From Felis catus (Eukaryota): 64,000 nt of DNA. Positions within the stretch are counted from its first letter, which is position 1. Each line of letters opens with the position of its first letter. The stretch is from contig NC_058368.1 in the NCBI RefSeq assembly GCF_018350175.1, positions 204,168,001-204,232,000 on the forward strand, read 5' to 3'. The translations under genes were made by a program, and so were the position numbers. This document shows positions 1 to 12,826 of this stretch, one piece after another. The notes under the pieces were generated by a model that was not told where the DNA came from, did no database searches, and saw only the letters and a program-made list of their open reading frames with translations.

Positions 1-334
1 CCAGGGAGACTTGTTTGTCTTTTCTTTCTCTGAGCTAGCACAGTGCTTGGCATGGAACAGATGCTAAATAACTATTTTGCAGGTTGTTGTAAAGAGGAGA
101 AAAAACTAGTGTAAAGAAGATAGCCCAGGGTCTGGCATACAAGATTTTCAGAAGTGTGCCCAATTTAATTTTGGCAAAAATGCAAGAGCAATTCAGTGGA
201 GGAAAGATAGCCTTTTTAAGAAATGATGTTGAAGTAACTGGACATCCATAGGCAACAAACACTTAGCCTAAATCTAAGTCTCACAGTTTATACAGTAATT
301 CGATCAGAATGGAATACAGACTTAAGTGTAAAAT

Positions 335-952
335 TGTCCCCAGCTAGACCCCAAAACTGGGCCTTCACTGCTCACCTGCTTGTATCTACTAACTTTTTTC
401 TTACATTTTCCTATAAGCTCTTCTTTCTGGCTTTCCTCTAGACTCAGGCAAATGAAACCAGAAACCACCCCCCCACCCCCCCCCACCCCAGCCCCCCCCC
501 TCCCCCCACACCGTCCGGTGATAGCAACTGCCTGGGCAAAATCTCCCAGCTGGGCCAGACTACCAAGACCAGTTGAGCTAAACCTGATTTGTGCCTGTGC
601 AGACGGACCATGGAGTGACCTCTAGAATGACCTACAATTATCTTTACTTCATAGTATTAAAGTCTCTACCTAAGGAGGAGCCTCACATGCAACATATGTA
701 TCAGCGTGTTTCCTTAAGGCACATGCATGACCTTATGCCCTCCTCTGTGTAGGATGATGAAGCTTCCTTATCTAAATATTCATCCTAACCCTAAACAAAA
801 AGAACCCATTCACCCTCCCTTGGGTATTCACAGCTTTGGAAACCATTCCCTGTGATCTCCTTATTTGCTACAGATGAAAGTTTCTTTGGGCAACAACTCA
901 ACCTGGTGCAATTTCTGACTCACCAAGGAATGAACTCGTGTTTGTTCATTCA
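335..952 (+). mobile_element. Probable ERV solo LTR inserted in L1
   Basis: ~620-bp block starting TG (335) and ending CA (951-952) that interrupts L1 sequence and has LTR-like composition; family not identified. Confidence 0.5.
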
Positions 953-954
953 AC

Positions 955-1155
955 CGAGGCATCTGACTCTTGGTTTCAGCTCAGAGCGTGATCTCACAGT
1001 TTGTGGGTTCCAGCCCCAGATCAGGCTCTGCGCTGGTGGCACTGGGGGTGCGGAGCCTGCTTGGGATTCTCTCTGCCCCTCACCCATATGCGCACATGCT
1101 CGCTCTCTCTCTCTCTCTCTCTCAAAAATACATGAACATTTAAAAAAAAATAAAA
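955..1155 (+). mobile_element. CAN-SINE (5' truncated)
   Basis: ctgactcttggtttcagctcag...ggagcctgcttgggattctctc, CT tract, A tail. Confidence 0.85.
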
Positions 1156-1317
1156 ATCTTTGGTACTGTGAAAGACCTGATTAACAGAATAAAAAGAAGA
1201 GCTACATAATGGGAGAAAATATTTGCAAAACTCCTATCTACAAAGGGCATATATTTAGGATATATAAGGAACTCTCAAAATTCAACAGTTTTTAAAAATC
1301 CAAATAGAAAATGGGTA

Positions 1318-1622
1318 GGGGTGCCTGGTTGGCTCAGTTGGAGGAGCATGCGACTCTTGATTTTGGGGTCGTGAGTTCTATCCCCATGTTGGGGACGGAG
1401 ATTACTTAAATAAACTTTAAAAGAGAGAAAGAGAGAGAGGCACCTGGATGACTCAGTCGGTTGGGCATCTGACTCTTGACTTCAGCTCATGTCGTGATCC
1501 CAGGGTCATGGGATTGAGCCCTGCGTTGGGCTCCACGCTCAGTGTGGAGCCTGCCTGAGATTCTCGGTCTCTCCCTCTGCCCCTCTACCCAACTCATATT
1601 GCTTTCTCTCTGTCTCTCAAAA

Positions 1623-1667
<45 letters not shown>

Positions 1668-1733
1668 ATAGAAAAATAAAATAATAAAAATAAATAATAA
1701 AATATAATAATAAAAAATAAAATAATAAAAAAT
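1318..1733 (+). mobile_element. Two tandem CAN-SINEs with a long (AAAT)n-type tail, inside one TSD pair
   Basis: Heads at ~1318 and ~1439; direct repeat AAATAGAAAATGG at 1302-1314 and 1734-1746. Confidence 0.88.
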
Positions 1734-1829
1734 AAATAGAAAATGGTCAAAAAGCATATTTCATTGAAGAGGGATATAAGCACATAAAAAGATTTTCAGT
1801 ATCATTAGTCATTAAGAAAATGAAAATTA

Positions 1830-2290
1830 AGGGTACCTGGGTGGCTCAGTTGGTTGAGTGTGCGACTTTAGCTCAGGTCATGATCTCATGGTTTGAGAGT
1901 TTGAGCCCTGCATGGGGCTCTATGCTGACAGCTTGGAGCCTGGAACCTATTTCAGATTCTGTGTCTCCCTCTCTCTGCCTCTCTCTCTCTCTCTCTCCCC
2001 CAAAAATAAACATTAAAAAAATTGAAAATGAAAACAGAAAATGAAAATTAGAACTACAATAAGACATTACACATCTGGGGTGCCTGGGTGGCTCAGTCAG
2101 TTAAGTGTCAGACTTCAGCTCAGGTCATGATCTCATGGCTCATGGGTTTGCTCCCTGTGTCAGGCTCTGTGCTGACAGCTCAGAGCCTGGAGCCTGCTTG
2201 AGATTCTGTCTCCCTCTCTCTGTGCCCCTCCCCTGCCTGCTCTCTGTCTCTCTGTCTCTCTCAAATATAAACATTAAAAAAAATTTTTTA
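1830..2290 (+). mobile_element. Two CAN-SINEs (1830-2035, 2077-2290), each with TSD-like repeats
   Basis: Typical gggtggctcagt heads, CT tracts and A tails; flanking repeats gaaaatgaaaatta and aagacat..tacacatct. Confidence 0.9.
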
Positions 2291-3319
2291 AAGACATGTT
2301 ACACATCTATAAGAATGTCTACAATTAAAAATAATATCAAATAGCAAATGCTAGCAATGGTGAGAAGCTGGATCGCTCACACACTACTGACAGGAATGTA
2401 AAATGGAACTTGTAGTCACTCTGGAAAACAGTTCTCTAATTTCTTTACAAACTAGCCATGCACCTATCCTGTGACCTAGCGATTACACTGGGCATTTGTC
2501 CCAGAGAAATGGAAATTTATGTTCACACAAAAACCTATACACATATTTTCATTAGCTTTTTTCATATTAGCTCAAAACTGGAAACAACCCAGATGTTCTT
2601 CAACAGGTGAATGGTTGAACAGACTGTTGCACAGCTTTACCATGGAATAGTTCTCCAGCAAGGAAAAAGAATGAACCACCAACACATACAATTTTGATGA
2701 GTCTCCAGACAATTATGCTGAGAGGGAGAAAAAAGCTGATATCAAGAGATTACATACTGTATGATTCCATTTATATAACATTGGTAAAATAACAAAATTA
2801 TGGAAATAAAGATCAGATTAGTAGATTCCAGCGTTTAAGGAGGAGATAAGGGTGGATGTGACTAACAAAGGGCAACATGAGGGATCCTTGTGATGATGGA
2901 AACGTTCTGTATCTTGACTGTATCAGTGTCAATATCCTGGTTGTGACATTGTACTAGAGTTTTGCAAGATGTTACTATTGGAGGAAACTAGGTAAAGAGT
3001 ACTGATGTTCTCTGTATCATGTATGTCTTACAATTGCTTGTGAATCAACAATTATCTCAAAATAAAATACTTATTTTTAAAAATAATCCTGGCAAGTGTG
3101 GTAAAACATTAATGAAGAAATCTAAAAGGAGGGTATACAGGCTAGTACGTAAAATTCTTTCAAATTAGCTGTATTATTGAAATTTTTCTTAGTATAATTA
3201 GAAAAAATTTAATGCAAACTATTATAATTAGATTGAGGCAGTCTTTCCACTCCTGTCATCTAGAGGATAAAAGTGAAACAGATTCAACTCATTAGTAACA
3301 TACATTCAATTCATTTCTT

Positions 3320-3824
3320 TTTCTTTTTTTTTTTTTTGATATTTATTTTTGAGAAAGAGAGAGAGAGAGAGCACAAGACGGGGAGGCGCAGAGAGAGAGA
3401 GAGGGAAGGAGACACAGAATACAGAGCAGGCTCGAGACTCTGAGCCGTCAGCACAGAGCCCCACACGGGGCTCAAACTCACAAACCATGAGATCGTGACC
3501 TGAGCTGAAGTTGGATGCTTAAACAACTAAGCCACCCAGGTGCCCCTCATTTCTTTTTTTATAAGCTATTTTTTTAAGTTTATTTATTTATTTTGATAAA
3601 GAGAGAGAGAGAGAGATCACATGCATGAGCGAGGGAGGGCAGAAAGAGAGGGAGGAGAGGATCCCAAGCAGGCTCTGCCCTGTCAGCGCAGAGCCCAACT
3701 CAGGGCTCTATCCCACGAACCAGAAGATCATGACCTGAGCCAAGATCATGACCTGAGCCAAGATCATGACCTGAGCCGAAATCAAGAGTTGGGATGCTTA
3801 ACCAACTAAACCGCCCAGGCACCC
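3320..3824 (-). mobile_element. Two antisense CAN-SINEs (3320-3546, 3570-3824)
   Basis: T tract, GA tract, end in agccacccaggtgcccc / accgcccaggcacccc. Confidence 0.9.
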
Positions 3825-4881
3825 CATATTCAATTCACTTCTAAGTGCCTCTTTTTCGTGATACAGATTTGTCAAGTGAGTTTACCCACTGCACAAGAAA
3901 TAAATTTCATGAAATGGTTTTTCAGTAGTGGGGCTTTTTTGAAATAGAGGTAGAAAATGTTGATGGTTCAAGAGACCATGATAAATTGGGGGGGGGGGTA
4001 ATGAAATTTTTCATCCTCCCCCTACCCCACTTCAGTTTTTTTTCAACATTTCCAATATTTATTAGGCCTGCTGATTCTCAAATTTCCCTCTCTACTGCTC
4101 TTTTTATTTATATAATGACCAGCATACTCTCAGGATCACATTGCTTACTCTACCACTAGGTGATACTTTAGCTATCACATCTCTGTGGTAGATTTTGAAT
4201 CAAAGACCAGTTACAATAATTTATGGCATTAACTCAAACATTTTAAGTAGTTTCAGGGAACAATTCATTTCAGAGTTTAAACTTGGCTGACCTGAAAAGT
4301 ACCTATAAATTCATAGCGATCATTAAGAATTCTTTGTTTTTTAATATCCATTATGGGCTCAAGAATACCAAAGCATACAACGTTCCACTTTAGGATACTA
4401 AGAATAGTGAAAATCTGTGTCATATGTTACAATTTACATAGTACCTTCACATATGTGATTTCACCTGATCATTTCAATAATTGAAGTAAGTATTGTTCTT
4501 CATGTTTTAAGATGAAGAAACTGGTTTGAGGTTAGCTGACCCACCTAAAGTCACATCAAAAAAGAGATATTGCTGAGATGTGGATGCAGATCTTCTAGTT
4601 CAGTGATTCCTGGTGGGGAAGAGCATCCTCTAGGCAGAGGATGCTAAGATAACTGACTGGCCTGTGGGGTGAAGGATAAGGAAGATAAGGAAAACAGGCC
4701 CCTTCAGAGGGAGACACATTTCTGTGAACATCAAGAGTCCTTCTTATTAGTACCTCCCAATTCATTTACCTGGATTATAGCTTCTACTCCCTTATTGCAT
4801 TTGAAATAAGACCTTCTCACGAAAGCCTTTCCTGACTAACCAAGGTTGAGTAAGATGCCCTCTCATTAAGACCCAAGCTTT

Positions 4882-5090
4882 GGGGTGACTGGGTGGCTCA
4901 GTTAGGCATCCAACTTCGTCTAGGGTAATGATCTCATGGTTGGTTCTCGTGAGTTCGAGCCCCATGTCAGGCTCTGTGCTGACAGCCTGGAGCCTGCTTC
5001 AGATTCTGTGTCTCCCTCTCTCTCTGCCCCTCCCCCCACTTGCTCTCTGTCTCTCTCCCTCAAAAATAAATAACCATTAAAAAAACATTT
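4882..5090 (+). mobile_element. CAN-SINE
   Basis: ggggtgactgggtggctcag...gagttcgagccc...CT tract, aaaaataaataa. Confidence 0.9.
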
Positions 5091-5143
5091 TTTTTAAATT
5101 TTAACATAAAATTTTTATGTACTATTGAAACAGAAAGGAGATT

Positions 5144-5480
5144 TAACTGACCTTTGAAAAACATGAGGGGTTAGGAGCCCTGGCCTTCTCTCATCCCCCA
5201 CAGCTGAAAATCTACATATAACTTTTGATGCCCCCAAAACTTATCTAAGAGCCTACTGTTGACCAGAAGCCTTATCAATAACATAAACAGTCAATTAACA
5301 TATGTTTTGTATGTTACATGTTTTATATACTATGTTCTTTAAGCTAGAGAAAGGAAATGTTAAGAAAATAATAAGGAAGAGAAAATACATTTACAGTACC
5401 ATATTATATTTATTGCAAAAAAAATCTGCATGTAAGTGGCCTGTAAAGTTCAAACTCATGTTGTTCAGAGATCAACTGTA
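5144..5480. mobile_element. Tigger2a/MER8-like TcMar DNA transposon fossil
   Basis: Degenerate inverted termini taactgacctttgaaaaacatg ... catgttgttcagagatcaactg+TA; internal gcctactgttgaccagaagcctt typical of Tigger2. Confidence 0.75.
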
Positions 5481-6759
5481 TGGCTTTTGACCTTATGCCA
5501 ACAAAAGAGCAGTACATAGACTGTGCCAGAGAGATAGGGAAGCAGAACACGTTAGTAGCAAAAGATGTCTTATTTGATATTTATATATTAAACACTCATG
5601 TTCCCAATTGTCTTTTGAATGCCAAATTTGGACTCTGAAAATAACATTTCTAGCTATTACATTACCTTGTTGCTAGCCAGCAAGCATTTCAGTTCAATTA
5701 GTTGAATTGTGCAATCAGTAGAATATTGCCTGCTGTAATTATTCACCCAGAACTTCCTCTAAAATTTTCAACTCCTATCTCATGCTCTGACCACCACATT
5801 CTTCCTTTCCAGCTCCCCTATTTCTGACTCTTGATTCCTTTTTCCTTCCAAGCTATCACTTATCTTTCATCTTCAATCCTGTCTCTATCTAGTTTAAGCC
5901 ACGAGCAACCTTTCAGCCCCTTCTGACTTTACTGTTCTGCCTCAACTGCATCATGAAATTTCACTCCCACTAACAGGCTTCTCAATTCTTACATCAGGTT
6001 GCCAAGGGTTGCTAGAGGAAAATCACAAAATTGTTCAGAGCGTTGCCCCTGCAAATCTCTGGTCTCTGACCTCAGCTGGACTTTGTGCAGCACCCAGCGG
6101 TTCTCCTGTGAACTGACCCCCTTCCTAAGCAGCTTCCTCGCCCAGAGCACCACGTGCAAGCATTGCCACTTTCCTCAAACTCCCTCTTTTTATGTCTCCC
6201 ACCCTCACAGTAAAGACAGTTCCTCCCCTTTTTACTGAGAACATGGAGATCGTGTTAAGTTTCCAGCACCCTCCCTCTCCTGCAATTTCTCTGCATCTGC
6301 TTCCGTTTCTTAGTGAAATAGCTTTCCCTCATCATAAGTTATTTCTGCCACCTAGACTCTGAATTTGTGACCTGCCTCCTCCTCTAGTCCTTTATTCTCT
6401 CAGTTTCCTTCTTTTCCCCTGATGTTTTCCTTTCCCTCATTGCCTTTAGCTAACAAATGCATTTTTCTCCCATCTTAAAAAAACAAACAAAAAAACACCG
6501 CTATAATGGCAACACAACATCTTTAATACACTTGCCTTAAAAACTTGCCATGTCTCTCCCATTTATTTTACTGTCAAGTTTAGAGCTGTCAATACTTCCT
6601 AATACTGACAACTGGTTGCACCCAAATCACTCATAAATCTCTATTATTTCATTTGCTAATATCATGAGAATACCTATTTATTAATTTACAGTGAGCAGTA
6701 TAACTCCAAGAGAATAGAATCTTTGCATCTCTGTGACCCGCTTATTCTAGAGATAAAAT

Positions 6760-7012
6760 GTAGTGTTGTTTCAGCGTGTGGACTCTGGACTTAACGGAAC
6801 TGGGTTGCTCACTATTTATGTGATCTTAGGCAAATTAATTAACTTCGCTGAATCTCAGCGCTTTCATCTATAATATGAGGTAAATAGTAAATAATAGTAC
6901 GTACTTCACAGGGCTGTTTGGAAATTAAATGAGGCAATTAAGTGAGATAACCCATGTGTTTACTTGGAACACAGTAAGTGATAAATATTAGCTATTATTG
7001 TTGTTATTGTTG
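6760..7012 (+). mobile_element. MIR
   Basis: tgtgatcttaggcaaattaattaacttcgctgaatctcag...ttcatctataatatgagg; ends tattagctattattgttgtt. Confidence 0.8.
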
Positions 7013-7194
7013 TTCTCAAAGTGCAAATTTAGGCAAATTATAACCGGAAGATCGGTTGGTGAAGGAGGACTTGGTTCCCAGAGGTGGCTGTCGTTCAAGC
7101 GTCTAGTGGCATCAGGCAGTAGGTACCTGCCAAGGCAAGTAGACAGCTCCAGCTCAGAGAAGGTGCACTTTCACAGATTCTTTTCTCCTTCTTA

Positions 7195-7378
7195 TTTTTG
7201 AGAGAGAGAGAGAGAGTGAGCAGGAGAGAGGGGCAGAGGGAGAGAGACAGAGAATCTAAAGCAGGCTCCAGGCTCAGCGCAGAATGGAACTCAGGGCTTG
7301 ATCTCACACCCCTGGGATCATGACCTGAGATGAAAGCAAGAGTCGAACACTCAAGCAACTGAGCCACCCAGGCACCCC
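7195..7378 (-). mobile_element. CAN-SINE
   Basis: GA tract...gcaggctccaggctc...actgagccacccaggcacccc. Confidence 0.9.
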
Positions 7379-7499
7379 TAGATTCTTTATAATCCTACTT
7401 TTATTTGACCTCTCTAACCTACAACACTCTTGGGCTCTCCCTTTTTAACATCGCCGCTGGCTTCTCTCGGTTTCAGTCCTATGTAAACACAGTAAACAG

Positions 7500-8090
7500 A
7501 TTCCTCTTCTTCAACCCAGCCATGGAATTTGCACTTCTCTTTCTTCTTTGGCCTCTTTCCACTTTCCCCCAAGTAATCTCATTTCTCCTGTGGCTTCAGT
7601 TATCAAATATCTAACTGTAGACAACATTCCTCTGAAATCTAACTCCATTTTTTTTTTTTACCTGTCCACTGAACAATTCCACTCAGATGCTCCAAGTGCC
7701 AAATGAAATGTCCAAAATAAAGCTAGTGAGAGTCCCCTCTTTCGCTGAACCTGCTCCCCTCTGGGACACCCACTCTTGGAGAATGATGTATCAAAGCCAG
7801 AATCCTGGGAGTCAACCTTGTCTCCAGCTTCTCAGTAAGCCCCACATACAACTGTCAATTTCTTCAGAAACATTTCTTGAATTTGGCCCTTCTCTCCAAC
7901 CCCACGACCACTACCTTAGTCACCGTTATTATTTCCCTCTGGAATTTCTGCTACAGCCATCACAGGTCTTCCTGCTTCTAGTCTCAGACGCCTCACAGCT
8001 ACTGATCTCATACCGCTGCTTATCCTCAGCACTAGAACAGTGTCTGACACAGAGCAGACATGCAATAAATATTTACTGAATGAATTTACT
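7500..8090 (+). mobile_element. L2 fragment with 3' end
   Basis: tatcctcagcactagaacagtgtctgacacagagcagacatgcaataaatatttactgaatgaat. Confidence 0.65.
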
Positions 8091-8998
8091 GAATTCCTGC
8101 CCTCATGGAGTTTACAGTCCAGCTAAGAGATCATCATTAAACAAGTAACCACAGCAGACATTGGGGAGATCCCAAGCAGCATTCCTAGCACTCAAAGATG
8201 GATTGGAGCCTTGATCCAGCAGTCAAGTGTTGACTGGCTGGGGCTACATTTCATAGAAGGCCCAAGAGACTAGGAGAGAAAGATAATTTACACAAATGAA
8301 ACCCAAGAGAATAAACATGCCAGCTAATTTTTCTCTCTCTTAATGATGACCCCACTAATTTATGGTATGTATGTTGCCATGATAATGTGGGTGGGGAACT
8401 GAAGTAACTAGGGAAGTATAGGGAGTGATAGAATAAGAGGAAATAAGATTTATTTCTGTGTTCCATTTTTAAAACTTTTTATTTAGAAATAATTTAGATT
8501 TACAGGCAGTTATAAGAAATAATATGGAGAGATCTTATTTACCCTTCACCCAGTTTCCCTCAATGGTGATATCTTGTGTAACTATGCATAAGTATAATAC
8601 AATATCACAACCAGGAAATTGACAATATGCCCACCTTAGTTTTACATGCACTCATCTGTGCGTGTGTTTACACAAGCATATATGCATTTAGTTCTATGCA
8701 GTTTTATCACATGTGTAGATTTGGGTGAGCATCGCCACAGTCAAGAACAAAATAGTTCCATTACAATGATTCCTCATACTACTTACCCTTTTAATGTTTG
8801 TTTGTTTTAAGTTTATTTATTTTGAGAAAGAGCGAGTGGGGGAGGGGAGAGAGAGAGGGAGAAAGAGAGGATCGTAAGCAGGTTCTTCACTGCCAGTTGT
8901 GGGACTTGAACTCATGAACCGTGAGATCATGACTTGAACCAAAATCAAGAGTTGGACACTTAACCAACTGAGTCACTCAGGTGTGCCTAATGTCTATT

Positions 8999-9031
<33 letters not shown>

Positions 9032-9537
9032 CAGAGAATCTGAAGCAGGCTCCGTGCTGTCGGTGCAAAGCCTGACATGGGGCTCGAACCCAGGAACCAT
9101 GAGATCATGACCTAAGCCAAAGTCAGACACTCAACCAACTGAGTCACCCAGGTGCCCCAGTAGCCACCCTTTTAATAGTCACACTGCTTCCCCCTAAACC
9201 CCAGCCTTTCCCTAATCCCTGGAAACCACTAAGCTATTTTCCGACTTTATGATTTTGTCATTTCAAGGTTGTCTAAATGGAATCACAAAATAGCCTTTGG
9301 AGATTGGCTCTTTTTTTTTTCACTCAGTATAATTCCTGTGAGAGCCATCAAAATTGTTGTGTCTCAGTAGTTGTCCTTTTTCTTGCTGAGTAGTATTCTA
9401 TGCACCACAGTTTAACCATTCATCCATTAAAGAACACGTAGGTTGTTTCCAGCTTGGGGATGGTATGAATGAAGCTGTGATTAAAATTTGGGTACAGGCT
9501 TTGTGTGAACATAAATCTTCATTTCTTTGGGATAAGC

Positions 9538-10545
9538 GCCTAGTTTGAGCTGCTTTAACAAAAGACCACAGACTGGGTGAACTAAACAATAAATTTGTTT
9601 CTCACAGTTTTGGAGACTGGGAAGTCCAAGATCAGGGTGCCAGCAGGGTCAGGTTTGGGTGAGAGCCCTCTTTCTGGTTTGCAGATGGCCATCTTTTTGC
9701 TGTGTCCTCACATGGTGCAGAGAGAGTGATCTCTGATCTCTTCCTCTTCTTATGAGGGCAAGAGGCCCATTATGGAGGCTGTCATCATGGCCTCATCCAA
9801 ACCTAATTACCTCCACATATCATCTTAATGGGGATTATAGCTTTCACATATGAATTTGGAGGAGACAAACATTTATAGCATTCTGCCCCTGCCCCCCCCC
9901 AAAATTCATGCCTTTCTGACATGCAAAATACATTCACTCCATCCCAAGAACCCCAAAAGTATTAACTCATTCCAGCACCAAGTTTAAAATCTAAAGTCCA
10001 AAATCTCATCTGTATGTTACCCAAATCAGGGGCTTCTGGGTGGCTCAGGTCATGATGCCACAGTTTGTGAGTTTGAACCCTGAATCGGGCTTTCTGCTGT
10101 CAGCACAAAACCTGCTTTGGATTCTCTGTCTCCCTCTCTCTCTCTGCCCCTCCCCCACTTACACTCTCTCTCTAAAAAATAAATAAATAAACATTAAAAA
10201 AAAAATTCCTCTAAATCAGATATGGATGGGGGCACCTGGGTGGCTCAGTCAGTTCAATGTCTGACTCAGATCAAGATCTCAGGGTTGTGAGTTCAAGCCC
10301 CATGCATGGAGTCTGCTTAAATCAGATATGGATGAGATCTGAGGTACAATTCATCCTGAGGCAAAATTCCTCTCCAGCTACGAAGCTGTGAAACCAGTCA
10401 TATGCTTCCAAAATACAATGATGGGGCAGGCATCGGACAAACATTCCCATTCCAAAGAGGAAATAGAAAAGAAGGGGTAACAGATCCCAAGCAAATCTCA
10501 AACCTACTAGCAGGCAAATTCCATGATATCTTAATACTCAAAACC
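9538..10545 (-). mobile_element. MaLR (MLT1A/MST-like) LTR (9538-9880) plus adjacent internal sequence
   Basis: accacagactgggtg...ctgggaagtccaagatcagggtgccagcagg...catatgaatttggaggagacaaacatttatagca, followed by ttctgcccctgcccccccc (polypurine tract on the - strand) and MaLR-internal-like aaagtccaaaatctcatctg. Confidence 0.8.
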
Positions 10546-10559
10546 AGTCCTTGGATTTG

Positions 10560-10947
10560 TCCCACATGATTATAGAGGCTGAAAAGTCCCAGGGTTTGTT
10601 GTTTGCAAGCTGGGGAGCCAGGAAAGCTAGTGGCATAGTTCCAGTCTAAGTCTGAAGGCCTGGAAACCAGAGCACCACTAATGGTGTCTCAGTCCAAGGC
10701 CAGACCAATGTCCTAGCCCAAGCAATCAGTCAGGGAATGGAATTCTTCCTTCCTCCTCCTTTTTGCTCTCTTTAGGCCCTCAATGGTTAAGATGACACTT
10801 TGGGGAGAGCCATCTGCTTTACTCAGTCTACTGACGTGAATGCTAATCTCTTCCAGGAGCCCCCTTAGAGACATGCTCAGAAATAATGCTTAGCCAGTTA
10901 CTTGGGCATCCCATGGACCAAACTGACACATAAAGTTAACCATCACA
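10560..10947 (-). mobile_element. MLT2-type (ERVL) LTR, partial
   Basis: gaggctgaaaagtccca...tctgctttactcagtctactga...actgacacataaagttaaccatcaca (reverse complement of the MLT2 start tgtgatggttaa). Confidence 0.8.
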
Positions 10948-11452
10948 AATACCCAGGAGTGCAATTTCTGGGTTATATGGTAGTCATATGTATAACTTTT
11001 AAGGAAATTGTCAAACTAGTTTCTAGAATGATTATACCATTTTACATTCCCACCAACAAGTGACTCAGTTTCTAGCTTCTCTACATTCTCGCAAGCATTT
11101 GGTGTTGTCACGATTTTCTTCTTTTGCCATTGTGATACGTAGGTAGTGAAATCTCATTGGGGTTTTAATTTTCATTTACCTAATAGCTAATGATGTTGAA
11201 CATTCTTCCACCATGGGCTTAAATGCCATCTGTACATTCTCTTCAGTGAAATGTCTGTTTTGTCTGCTCCCTAAGTGGATTATTCTTTCACAGTTGGGTT
11301 TTGAGAGTTCTTCATATATTCTAGGTACAGGTCTTTTGTCAGTATATGGTTGTAAATATCTTCTCCTATTTAAATTTTTATGAAAACTTTCTCCTATTAG
11401 CTGGACTTGAAAGGCTGCACTGTCTACTCCCATATGGTCCAATGGGGATTTT

Positions 11453-11674
11453 TTTTTTAATTTTTTTTTTAACGTTTTATTCATTTTTGAGACAGAGAGA
11501 GACAGAGCATGAACGGGGGAGGGGCAGAGAGAGAGGGAGACACAGAATTGGAAGCAGGCTCCAGGCTCTGAGCCATCAGCCCAGAGCCCGACACGGGGCT
11601 CGAACTCACGGACTGCGAGATCATGACCTGAGCCGAAGTTGGCCGCCCAACCGACTGAGCCACCCAGGCACCCC
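11453..11674 (-). mobile_element. Young CAN-SINE (SINEC_Fc-like) with TSD
   Basis: Retains CpGs; TSD CCAATGGGGATTTT at 11439-11452 and 11677-11690. Confidence 0.93.
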
Positions 11675-12485
11675 AACCAATGGGGATTTTGAAGCCATCA
11701 AGTGCTACTGGTTTCTGAAAAACAATCTTTTCTTTTTTAAAGCATTCATCTTTTAACTTAAATCTCTCAAGAACTAGGAAAGAAAACCAGTCTTTTCATC
11801 ATCACTATACTGGTGACACAGGAAAGGAAAAGCTGTATTGCAGGTGATTCCCATCACTGTTAAAAGCCTTTACGTACCAAGTACTGGGCTAAGATCTAAG
11901 GGTGTAGAGATGAAAGGTGGCCTCTGGTTGGGGTGCCTGGATGGTTTAGTGGGTAGAACGTACAACTCTTGATCTTGGGGTTGTGAGCTCAAGCCCCATG
12001 TTGGGTGCGTAGTTTACTTAAAAAAAAAAAAATGTGTCCTCTGACTTCAGAAGTAGTTTAGTGAAGAGGACAGTTAAATAGACTAAACAGTAAAAATCCG
12101 GCATACTAAGTGCCAAGATACAGTTTTTCCAAGATACAACTATCATAAGGGAAGCATCTAAGATTAGACAGCTTGGGGAAGTCTTCCAGAAAAGTTCTTT
12201 CAAACCCAGCTTAAGGAAACAAATTCTTTCCATAGTTTACAGCAGGTCCTTTTCCCAGATTTACAACATATTTTCCAGCCTCTCCAAATTTAGCCCTACC
12301 TTCATAAATCAATAAGAAAGGCGTAAATGTGGAGAAGGAGCATTTTTGATGATTCTCTCCAGAGAGTCCTACCTGGTGCTCATGTTTGTGTGTGTGTGGC
12401 CTCTTGGCATTTTTTTAAAAAGTAGTCTCTCCTCCCAATGTAGGGCTCAAACTTGCAACCCCAAGATCAAGAGTTGCAAGCTTTA

Positions 12486-12826
12486 TAAGTGAAATTAGTC
12501 AGAGAAAGACAAAAATCAATATGACTTCACTCATATGAGGACTTTAAGAGACAAAACAGATGAGCATAAGGGAAGGGAAACAAAAATAATATAAAAACAG
12601 GGAGGGGCACAAAACAGAAGAGACTCAAAAATATGGAGAACAAACTGAGGGTTACTGGAGGAGTTGTGGGAAGGGGGGATGGGCTAAATGGATAAGGAGC
12701 ACAAAGGAATCTACTCCTGAAATCATTGTTGCACTATATGCTAACTAATTTGTATGTAAATTTAAAAAAATTAAAATGAAATTTAAAGAAAAGGTTCTAA
12801 AATAGGAAAAAACAAACAAAAAAAAA
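12486..12826 (+). mobile_element. 5'-truncated carnivore/felid L1 3'UTR with poly(A), inserted into an antisense SINE (12413-12867)
   Basis: aagtgaaattagtcagagaaagacaaa...gagaacaaactgagggttactgg...A tail; 17-bp TSD AAGAGTTGCAAGCTTTA at 12469-12485 and 12827-12843. Confidence 0.9.

Larger units (their letters stand above)
175..3080 (+). mobile_element. Old L1 (L1MC/L1MD-like) ORF2 end and 3'UTR, fragmented by an LTR and SINE insertions
   Basis: L1-typical segments: gggagaaaatatttgcaaa, gtcactctggaaaacag, aaactggaaacaacccagatg, tactgtatgattccatttatataacatt, tgtgaatcaacaattatctcaaaataaaa. Confidence 0.8.
8465..11385 (-). mobile_element. Antisense L1 3' region interrupted by SINEs (8805-9158, 10029-10320) and an LTR composite (9538-10947)
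   Basis: cccttcacccagtttccc, gagattggctc..ttcactcagtataattc, ttttacattcccaccaacaag, gagagttcttcatatattctagg. Confidence 0.8.

Noticed and set aside
7070..7112. CTCF-like motifs (CCCAGAGGTGGC; GCGTCTAGTGGC)
   Set aside because: Only partial matches to the core; cannot be distinguished from chance without a PWM scan or ChIP data.
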